A stretch of 58,443 nucleotides of DNA from an uncultured Lachnospiraceae bacterium (GTDB lineage: Bacteria; Bacillota; Clostridia; Lachnospirales; Lachnospiraceae): the NCBI GenBank assembly GCA_910577445.1, contig CAJTMZ010000007.1, forward strand, positions 1 through 58,443, given 5' to 3'. Shown piece by piece: positions 51,052 to 58,443 of the stretch. The position numbers were made by a program, and so were the translations under genes. Every line of letters begins with the position of its first letter. Position 1 is the first letter of the stretch. The notes below the pieces were generated by a model that saw only the letters and a list, made by a program, of their open reading frames with translations, did not search any database and was not told the DNA's origin.

Positions 51052-52803
51052 ATGAATAAACAATATCTCAAATATGGCAATTATGATTTACTGCCATATA
51101 CCAGAGTAAAAGGTTATGACAGTCATGCGGTTAAAGGTTATGATGATATAATAATAAGACTTAAAGAAGAAATTGCATTGGGAAAGCGGATTTTTGTCTG
51201 CGATGTTTATCCGGGTGTTGATAAAGAGGAGATTTTAGAGCATTTTTCCCGTCTGAATCCGACGCTTGTGATTGAGTCGGAGGATTGCGCATTAGAAGAG
51301 AAAGAACTGAATGAAATGTTCGGGGAATATCTGACGGACGACAGAGTATTTGGCTTTATGTGCCATAAAAAGCTGGAGGACTGTTTTATCGGAGAAAAGG
51401 TTAAAGCCGCACAGGAGAGGATAAAGGCAGTTTCTGAGGGAGTCGTACTGGTGATTGGCGTCGGGGCGTCACTTATCACACAGGGAGACGTTTATCTTTA
51501 CTTTGATTTGTCAAGATGGGAAATTCAGCTAAGATACCGCCGGGGAATGGCAAACTGGAAATGCACAAATCGTAAGGACGACAATCTGAGGAAGATAAAA
51601 AGAGGTTATTTTGTGGAATGGCGGCTTGCCGATAAACATAAAAGGCAGCATTTTGAAGATTTTGATTATCTGGTGGACACGAATAAGAAAGAAGAACCCA
51701 AAATGATTACGGGAGAGGCCTTTTTGCAGGCTCTGATTCAGGTAAGCGCCCGGCCCTTTCGTATGCAGCCCTACTTCGACCCGGGAGTGTGGGGCGGCCA
51801 TTGGATGCAGCAGAATTTTAACCTTGGGGAGGAGGAACCCAATTTCGCATGGAGTTTTGACGGCGTTCCGGAGGAAAACAGCCTGAATCTGATGTTCGGG
51901 GATATTCTGGTGGAGATTCCCTGTATGGACCTGGTGCTCTACAGACCTCACGAGCTTTTGGGAGAAAAGGTTCACGCGCGGTTCGGCCCGGAATTTCCCA
52001 TACGTTTTGACATGTTAGATACCATGGGCGGCGGAAATCTTTCGCTTCAGGTGCATCCCCTTACGGAGTACATTCAGGATACCTTTGGAATGAATTACAC
52101 TCAGGATGAAAGTTATTATATTCTGGACTGTGAAGAAGGCTCCTGCGTTTATCTTGGAGTGAAAGAAGGCATTGTGCCGGAGGAAATGGCGGCTGACTTA
52201 AAGAGGGCCGAGAAAGGCGGATTTGAGTTTCCGGCGGAAAAATATGTGAACAGGATACCGGTGAAAAAGCATGACCATGTTCTGATTCCGGCAGGAACGG
52301 TTCATTGCTCGGGAGCGGATACCATGGTACTGGAAATCAGCGCAACGCCATACATTTTCACATTTAAGATGTGGGACTGGGGAAGAGTGGGGCTTGACGG
52401 AATCCCGAGACCTATCCATGTGGAGCATGGGGTCAAAAATATTCAGTGGGACAGAACCCGGCCATGGCTTGAGGAAAACCTGCTTCATCAGGAGGAAATC
52501 TGCAGGGACGAGGACGGCATTTTAGTGGAGCGGACAGGACTTCATCAGCGGGAATTTATTGACACCCACCGCTATATGCTTCAAAAGCCTGTAAAGTGCC
52601 GGTTAAATGACAGCGTTCATGTCTTAAACCTGGTAGAGGGAGAGAAGGCGCTTATCGAGAGCCCAACAGGAGTTTTTGAGCCTTTCGAGGTGCATTATGC
52701 GGAAACATTTATTATTCCGGCGAGTGTTGGGGAATATGTTATTAATCCGACAGGAGCGGCAGGCGGAAATGTTGTAGGGGTAATTGCGGCGTCTGTCAGA
52801 TAG
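51052..52803 (+). CDS. Class I mannose-6-phosphate-isomerase-like cupin protein with an extra N-terminal domain
   Basis: GVWGG, NLSLQVHP, QDESYYILD, IPAGTVHC, LEIS motifs in the C-terminal half. Confidence 0.75.
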   Translation: MNKQYLKYGNYDLLPYTRVKGYDSHAVKGYDDIIIRLKEEIALGKRIFVCDVYPGVDKEEILEHFSRLNPTLVIESEDCALEEKELNEMFGEYLTDDRVFGFMCHKKLEDCFIGEKVKAAQERIKAVSEGVVLVIGVGASLITQGDVYLYFDLSRWEIQLRYRRGMANWKCTNRKDDNLRKIKRGYFVEWRLADKHKRQHFEDFDYLVDTNKKEEPKMITGEAFLQALIQVSARPFRMQPYFDPGVWGGHWMQQNFNLGEEEPNFAWSFDGVPEENSLNLMFGDILVEIPCMDLVLYRPHELLGEKVHARFGPEFPIRFDMLDTMGGGNLSLQVHPLTEYIQDTFGMNYTQDESYYILDCEEGSCVYLGVKEGIVPEEMAADLKRAEKGGFEFPAEKYVNRIPVKKHDHVLIPAGTVHCSGADTMVLEISATPYIFTFKMWDWGRVGLDGIPRPIHVEHGVKNIQWDRTRPWLEENLLHQEEICRDEDGILVERTGLHQREFIDTHRYMLQKPVKCRLNDSVHVLNLVEGEKALIESPTGVFEPFEVHYAETFIIPASVGEYVINPTGAAGGNVVGVIAASVR

Positions 52804-52885
52804 AGGCGGCCAGATTGTTATAAACAATATAAATACAAATGTGGAAACTTTTCAAATGAAAAGCGGATAGGTATCGTTTATGGGA

Positions 52886-52910
52886 GGGGCAGAAGATTTC
52901 TGCCCCATTT
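52886..52910 (+). terminator. Intrinsic terminator of the mannoside locus
   Basis: GGGGCAGAA-gat-TTCTGCCCC followed by attt. Confidence 0.6.
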
Positions 52911-53121
52911 GTGTATGCATTAAAAATGTGGAAAATTAGCAGGAACAACAGAATAAAATTACCAATATTTACCACTTGAGAACCGATACAAATCACCTTA
53001 CAATAACATTAAGGCATATAAGGAAATACTTAGGAACAAGATGCGGGGGCTGGAGAAATACAATTCTCAGCCCCTTTAATCATCCGCCTTAATAACCTAT
53101 AAGACTGAGGGGTAATAATTG

Positions 53122-53328
53122 ATGAAATTTTATGAGGTGACAATCATTTTAGACGGCAGGCAACAGGAGCGGCTTGAAAATCTGGCCACGCGCTTCAAGA
53201 AAATAAACGGATGGGGAGAGAGGGATATTATGCAGTTCGCTGTCAATGCCCATACAGAGAGCAGGGATGATATGCTCGCGTTTATGGAAAAGAAAGCTGA
53301 ACAGTTGGAAAGGTCCGTCGGTGTATAA
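53122..53328 (+). CDS. Small hypothetical protein
   Basis: 68-aa ORF with gagggg RBS. Confidence 0.55.
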   Translation: MKFYEVTIILDGRQQERLENLATRFKKINGWGERDIMQFAVNAHTESRDDMLAFMEKKAEQLERSVGV

Positions 53329-53411
53329 TTTAATGAAACTTCAATTTTAACGTCAATTACAGATTGTTATGTTGTTTAACTAAACAGGATTTACACTCCG
53401 TAACTTGCAGA

Positions 53412-53846
53412 TTACAGCCATGCGGGATGCATTGTTTTATCTGCTTTGTGCTTATCTAAAATGGCATGTACTCTTTCAACTTCATCGAGAACCAGAGAGC
53501 ATTCCTTATGTATTTCCTTTCTTAAGTTGCGTTCGGTTTGCTTCAATTGCGATTCCAGATTGTCAACCCGGACGTTCAGCTTTCGAATGTCGGATTTCAC
53601 ATCCAGCATGTCAGTTTTAAGGTTCTGTATGTCGGATTTCATATCCTGCATGTCAGTCTTCATGTTCTGCATGTCAGATTTCATGTTCTGCATGTCGGTC
53701 TTCATGTCCTGCATGTCGGATTTCATATCCTGCATGTCAGATTTCATATCCAGCATATCAGATTTGAAAGTCTGGATATCAGTTTTCATGCCTTGCATTT
53801 CAGAGAGAATCAAATTTAATACTTCATTATCTGTCATGGTATTCAC
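53412..53846 (-). CDS. Heptad-repeat coiled-coil protein
   Basis: About ten (S/T)DMQ(D/N)MK units; start at 53846 (GTG) or 53837 (ATG). Confidence 0.7.
   Translation of the reverse strand: MNTMTDNEVLNLILSEMQGMKTDIQTFKSDMLDMKSDMQDMKSDMQDMKTDMQNMKSDMQNMKTDMQDMKSDIQNLKTDMLDVKSDIRKLNVRVDNLESQLKQTERNLRKEIHKECSLVLDEVERVHAILDKHKADKTMHPAWL
53595..53804 (-). repeat. Degenerate 21-bp tandem repeat (about 10 copies)
   Basis: Units such as gatttcatatcctgcatgtca on the + strand. Confidence 0.9.
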
Positions 53847-54090
53847 CGCTTTCTTATAACCGCCGGTTTGTGAGGTAAAGTCAGTATATCACAATATAAA
53901 AATAATGTCCATACAAATTTGCGATAATTTCAGACGCGTAATATTCAGTCAATTAATTTTTGAATCTGAATCTGGCAGAAATTTCATTGCTTGCAAATAA
54001 GGACACTTTTTTAAACAAAAGGTGTCTTTTTTTTACCCTCATCCTGCGGTAAAATAATTATAAAATACAAAATCGGAGAAAGGAGAAGGT

Positions 54091-55497
54091 ATGGGCAAGT
54101 ATTATCTGGCAATTGATATCGGGGCCTCCAGCGGGCGCCATATTCTTGCGCATAAAGAGGACGGAAAGATAGTGCTCGAGGAAGTTTATCGTTTTCCCAA
54201 CGGAATGGTGGATAATAACGGCGAGCTGGTGTGGGAAGCGGACAGGCTTTTTGCGGAAATCAAAAACGGCATGAAAAAATGCAAAGAGTTGGGCAAAATT
54301 CCCTCCAGCGTAGGGATTGACACCTGGGCCGTTGACTTTGTTCTTCTTGATGAAAAGGGAGAGCGCATGGGAAACGCGACGGCATACCGGGACGGACGCA
54401 CCAGAGGGATGGACGAAAAGGTCTATGAAATCATAAATGAGGATGATTTATATGCCAGAACGGGAATCCAGAAGCAGATATTCAACACCATTTACCAGCT
54501 TATGGCGGTGAAGGAAAAGGAGCCGGAGCGGCTTTTTGGGGCGAAAAAACTTTTGCTTATCCCTGATTATTTTAACTATCTGCTTACGGGAAAGGCGGTT
54601 ACCGAGTACACCAACGCGACTACCATGCAGCTTGTAAGCCCTGAAACAAAGGACTGGGATTTTGACCTGATTGAAAAGCTGGGATATCCGAAGGAAATTT
54701 TCATGGAAATCCACATGCCGGGAAGCGAATTGGGAAGTCTGACAAAGGAAATGCAGGAGGAAATCGGCTACGACTGTAAGGTGGTTCTTCCGGCTACTCA
54801 CGATACCGGTTCGGCGGTTATGGCGGTGCCGAGCAATAAGGAGGCAGCCTTATATATCAGCTCAGGGACCTGGTCGCTTATGGGAACGGAGCTTTCAGGG
54901 GCAAACTGTTCAAAGGAGAGCAAGGCGTGCAATCTGACCAACGAAGGCGGGTATGATTACCGTTTCCGTTATCTGAAAAATATTATGGGGCTTTGGATGA
55001 TACAGTCCGTGAAAAAGGAAATCGGAGGGGAGCTGGGCTTTGGGGAAATCTGTGACATGGCTTCAAAGAGCAGTATTACTTCCATTGTTGACTGTAACGA
55101 CGACCGTTTCCTTGCGCCGGCCAACATGACAAAAGAGGTGCAGGCGGCCTGCGCGGAGTCCGGTCAGCAGGTTCCGGAGGAAATTGCGGAAGTTGCGGCG
55201 GTTATCTACAACAGTCTGGCGCAGTGCTACAAAGAAGCCGTAACGGAAATCGAAAAAATGACGGGGCTTTCCTACGACAGTATCCATATCGTGGGCGGCG
55301 GTGCAAATGCGGACTATTTGAACCGCCTTACTGCAAATGCCACAGGCAGATGCGTTTATGCGGGTCCTACGGAGGCAACCGCAATCGGAAACATTGCGGC
55401 GCAGATGATTGCGGGGGGAGAGCTTGAGAATCTCCGCGACGCAAGAAGCTGCATTTACGATTCTTTTGAAATACAGGTTTACAAACCGGAACAATAA
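54091..55497 (+). CDS. rhaB: Rhamnulokinase (FGGY family)
   Basis: AIDIGASSGR, GIDTWAVDF, THDTGSAV, SSGTWSLMG, TNEGG, LKNIMGLW, GPTEATAIGN. Confidence 0.88.
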   Translation: MGKYYLAIDIGASSGRHILAHKEDGKIVLEEVYRFPNGMVDNNGELVWEADRLFAEIKNGMKKCKELGKIPSSVGIDTWAVDFVLLDEKGERMGNATAYRDGRTRGMDEKVYEIINEDDLYARTGIQKQIFNTIYQLMAVKEKEPERLFGAKKLLLIPDYFNYLLTGKAVTEYTNATTMQLVSPETKDWDFDLIEKLGYPKEIFMEIHMPGSELGSLTKEMQEEIGYDCKVVLPATHDTGSAVMAVPSNKEAALYISSGTWSLMGTELSGANCSKESKACNLTNEGGYDYRFRYLKNIMGLWMIQSVKKEIGGELGFGEICDMASKSSITSIVDCNDDRFLAPANMTKEVQAACAESGQQVPEEIAEVAAVIYNSLAQCYKEAVTEIEKMTGLSYDSIHIVGGGANADYLNRLTANATGRCVYAGPTEATAIGNIAAQMIAGGELENLRDARSCIYDSFEIQVYKPEQ

Positions 55498-55524
55498 AAT
55501 AAGAAAACAGGAGGATTAAAAAGC

Positions 55525-56943
55525 ATGTTAGTTAACACAAAAGCAAAATTAGGCGTTTTTTCCATCGCGTTAGGCGCATATCTGCCGCAGTTCCCGTCGC
55601 TGGTGCCTGAATTTGAGGCGCAGTACGAGGCGTTCAAAAAGACGCTCCCCGATACGGTGGAGATTATCGACGGCGGAATGGTAACCACAAAGGAGCAGTC
55701 TCAGGCGGCCGGAGATTTGTTCCGCGCGGCGGACGTTGATTTGGTATTTATGCAGCTTCTTACCTACGCGACATCCTACAACATGCTTCCCGCGGTGAAG
55801 GATTTGGATGTGCCGGTGGTTCTTGTGAACGTGCAGAAGCTGAAAGCCCTTGACTACGACCATACGGATATTGCTTCATGGCTTGGCGAAGGCTATGCCT
55901 GCGGCGCCGTGGGCGAGATGGTGGCCGACCTTGAGAGGTACGGAAAGCGTCATGCTGTAATTACGGGAGTGGTTGAAGGAGGCGACCCCGGCGTACAGAA
56001 AGAAATCGAGCAGTGGTGCCGTGCGGCTCAGGTAAGAAGAAGGTTCCGGGACACCAATATCGCTCAGGTGGGAAGACCATATCCGGGCATGATGGACCTT
56101 TATATCGACGAGTCCAATCTTTACAGAAGAATGCACCTTTACACCAAGCAGTTTGACTGGGAAAAGATGTGGGCCATTGCCGATGAGATTACCGACGAGG
56201 AAGCAATCCGCGCAAAGGCGCAGGATATTCTCGACACTTTTGATATCGAGGGCGGCGGAAGTATAGAAGAAGTATGGGAAATGGCAAAATATGTGGTTGC
56301 CTTTGAGCAGTGGGTGAAGGACGAAAAGCTTGGCCTGATTGCTTCCCATTACGACGGATTTGCACAGGGCAAGGCCGGGGTTTTGGACAGTATGCTGATT
56401 CCCGCCTTTTCCATGCTGATTAAGCAGGGGACGGCCTGCGCCGTTGAGGGCGACATGAAGGTTGCCATGGCAATGAGTATTTTAAAGACCATCTCAGGAA
56501 CGGGGCAGCTTGCCGAAATGTATTCCATTGACTTTAACGACGATATCGCCATCATCGGGCACAGCGGCTCCGGCGATGCGGATATTTCCGACAAGAAGCC
56601 TACCATGAAGATTGTGAAAGTATTCCACGGAAAGACGGGCGGCGGCTATCTGACACAGTTCTATCCTTACACAGGCCCCGTCACCTATCTTGCCATTACC
56701 CAGGATGGGGACGGACACTTTAAGTTTATCGTAGCGGAGGGCGTAAACGAGGAAGGCAAGATTCTTTCCTTTGGCGATACCAACATGAGAACGCGTTTTA
56801 CCTGCGGAGCGAGGGAATTTGTGAACCGCTGGAGCGAATGCGGCCCGACCCATCACTTTGCGGCGGCTACAGGCAGACATATTGATACGATTCTGAAAGT
56901 GGCGAAGATTTTCAACGTACCGGTTGATATCGTAACCAGATAA
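55525..56943 (+). CDS. L-fucose/L-arabinose isomerase-family protein
   Basis: YPGMMDLY, AVEGD, GHSGSG, FHGKTG, GPTHH metal-ligand pattern. Confidence 0.78.
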   Translation: MLVNTKAKLGVFSIALGAYLPQFPSLVPEFEAQYEAFKKTLPDTVEIIDGGMVTTKEQSQAAGDLFRAADVDLVFMQLLTYATSYNMLPAVKDLDVPVVLVNVQKLKALDYDHTDIASWLGEGYACGAVGEMVADLERYGKRHAVITGVVEGGDPGVQKEIEQWCRAAQVRRRFRDTNIAQVGRPYPGMMDLYIDESNLYRRMHLYTKQFDWEKMWAIADEITDEEAIRAKAQDILDTFDIEGGGSIEEVWEMAKYVVAFEQWVKDEKLGLIASHYDGFAQGKAGVLDSMLIPAFSMLIKQGTACAVEGDMKVAMAMSILKTISGTGQLAEMYSIDFNDDIAIIGHSGSGDADISDKKPTMKIVKVFHGKTGGGYLTQFYPYTGPVTYLAITQDGDGHFKFIVAEGVNEEGKILSFGDTNMRTRFTCGAREFVNRWSECGPTHHFAAATGRHIDTILKVAKIFNVPVDIVTR

Positions 56944-56980
56944 TCCGGAAGATTTGGAATGCCATATTGGGAAAGCAGGC

Positions 56981-57871
56981 TCACAGGGCCTGCTTTCTGT
57001 ATTCTCTGGGACTGCTCTGATAATATTTCCGAAAGGCCGACGAAAAGTGTTCGGCGGAGGAATAACCCAAATCCTCCGCAATGGAAGTGATGCTTCTGGC
57101 TTTATCGGCGAGGAGAACGGCGGCGGCTGACATTTTGGCTTCCGCTTTTTTCTGCTGGAAAGTTTTTCCGTAGTATTCCATCAAAAGCCTCTGGGTCTGC
57201 CTGGCGCTGAGCTTCAATTTATCGGCAAGGGTATCCAGAGACAAATTCTGATATTCGTACAGAAAATATTCTTCGATAATAACCGATTTGGAATCGGTGA
57301 GATTGTTTTTGGAAAATGCCGTCCGGGAGGGTCTGCACTGCTCGTAATTGCGTACGGTGTAAATCAGAAGCTGGGATAAAAGCAGCTCCACCTGATTCTG
57401 ATAGCCGGTATAGCGGTGGGAAAGCTCATCAAAGAGCTGCCTCATCAGGGTATGGACGCCCTGGGTATCCTTTCCAATCCAGAAAGGGATGGAAGTGAAA
57501 GCGTCAAGTACGGGTGAGGGCGCCTTTTTCCGGGAGGAACTGCTGATTTTCAGATAGATACAGTATTCCTGCATGGAGTCAGGGGGCACGGGCGCCTGAA
57601 AATGCTCTACATGAGGGCCGGTCACAAAAAGGGTGTTGGGCGTGATGTCGTATATCGGTTCCGCTATTTCTGTCTTTGCAAATTCGCGGTAATTTCCGCC
57701 CACCTTCAGTTTTCCGAAGCCCCGGGGTACATAATGAATTTCGTAACAGCCGCTTCCGTGGCTGTGGGCGGGAATGGCGCGGGTAAAGCGCTCGAAGGCG
57801 ATGTTCAGCCCGTGGACGGGAATGCCGTCCATGGTGAAGCGGATATTCATATCGGTATAAAGAGTTCTCAT
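56981..57871 (-). CDS. AraC-family regulator
   Basis: HSHGSGCYEIHY cupin; LGYSSAEHFSSAFRKYYQSSPREYRK. Confidence 0.92.
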   Translation of the reverse strand: MRTLYTDMNIRFTMDGIPVHGLNIAFERFTRAIPAHSHGSGCYEIHYVPRGFGKLKVGGNYREFAKTEIAEPIYDITPNTLFVTGPHVEHFQAPVPPDSMQEYCIYLKISSSSRKKAPSPVLDAFTSIPFWIGKDTQGVHTLMRQLFDELSHRYTGYQNQVELLLSQLLIYTVRNYEQCRPSRTAFSKNNLTDSKSVIIEEYFLYEYQNLSLDTLADKLKLSARQTQRLLMEYYGKTFQQKKAEAKMSAAAVLLADKARSITSIAEDLGYSSAEHFSSAFRKYYQSSPREYRKQAL

Positions 57872-58104
57872 AGCGCCTCCTTCTTTTTTGGAAATCCGGT
57901 ATCGGCAGGTTTTGTTCCTCCGAATCTATATTATCATAAAATCTATAAAAACACGACATTTTTATTCACAAATAGGCAGGAAATAAACTTGTACGGAGAT
58001 ATGCCGCTGTTATAATAAAAGTATGACATTTTATCGCGGGAGGTTTCCCGCGGCGATATTTATAAAAGCGCACAAAGGCGTGCGGAAAGAGAGGGATTGG
58101 GTTT

Positions 58105-58443
58105 ATGGCAGTGAAAATGTTGATGAAGGGAGCCGTACTGCCGGGAAACAGCACGGTGGAACTGAAGGATTTCGAGGTGCCGGTGCCGGGGCATGGACAA
58201 GTGCTTGTGCAGACCAAGGCTACCACTATCTGCGGCAGCGATATCCGCTGCATTTACAAGGAGCACACCGGAAAGGGCCCGGAGGGCTACATTCCCGGCA
58301 TGGTGGCGGGCCACGAGCCCTGCGGCGTGATCGTTCAGGAGGGAGAAGGGCTTAAGCGGTTCAAAAAGGGCGATAGGGTAATCGTGTACCATATTTCCGG
58401 CTGCGGCGTGTGCAACGACTGCCGGAGAGGATATTATATTTCC
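58105..58443 (+). CDS. Zinc-dependent (MDR) sugar/polyol dehydrogenase, truncated by the window end (not in the ORF track)
   Basis: Hand translation contains [27 protein letters not shown]. Confidence 0.85.
   Translation, partial: MAVKMLMKGAVLPGNSTVELKDFEVPVPGHGQVLVQTKATTICGSDIRCIYKEHTGKGPEGYIPGMVAGHEPCGVIVQEGEGLKRFKKGDRVIVYHISGCGVCNDCRRGYYIS

Noticed and set aside
53020..53118. Hairpin GGGGCTG...CAGCCCC upstream of the small ORF as a riboswitch or ncRNA
   Set aside because: I recognise no Rfam consensus and there is only a single stem; an Infernal search would be needed.
53595..53804. Possible CRISPR array
   Set aside because: The repeats are contiguous 21-mers without unique spacers, they encode a heptad protein, and no cas genes are nearby.

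Overview
Chromosomal window from a spore-forming Clostridia bacterium, most likely Lachnospiraceae judging from gene content. It holds housekeeping and metabolic genes (htpG with a perfect CIRCE, carAB, a DtxR-feoAAB iron locus) and three carbohydrate loci: an Opp-type oligosaccharide ABC transporter with a CE2-like esterase, a GH38/ROK/PMI-like mannoside locus, and a rhaB/isomerase/Zn-dehydrogenase locus. The main discovery is a split spore cortex-lytic enzyme gene (sleC-like). Its halves (9589-10499 and 18723-19080) are separated by an 8,223-bp element bounded by GGGGA direct repeats. The element encodes three serine recombinases (one full length, two lacking the zinc ribbon), a carboxylesterase and a GH3 beta-glucosidase, and has no phage, conjugation or replication genes. 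Excision at the shared GA restores an in-frame 422-aa SleC (...SQWGSKYLG-EEGYAAIDIIRYYYG...) and creates a 48-bp imperfect palindromic attP centred on GA. SigK/sigE-like promoter motifs sit inside RBS-occluding terminator hairpins ahead of sleC and recombinase 2. This looks like a skin/gin-type, developmentally excised gene-intervening element in a germination gene. All family assignments are from motif recognition; no database searches were run.
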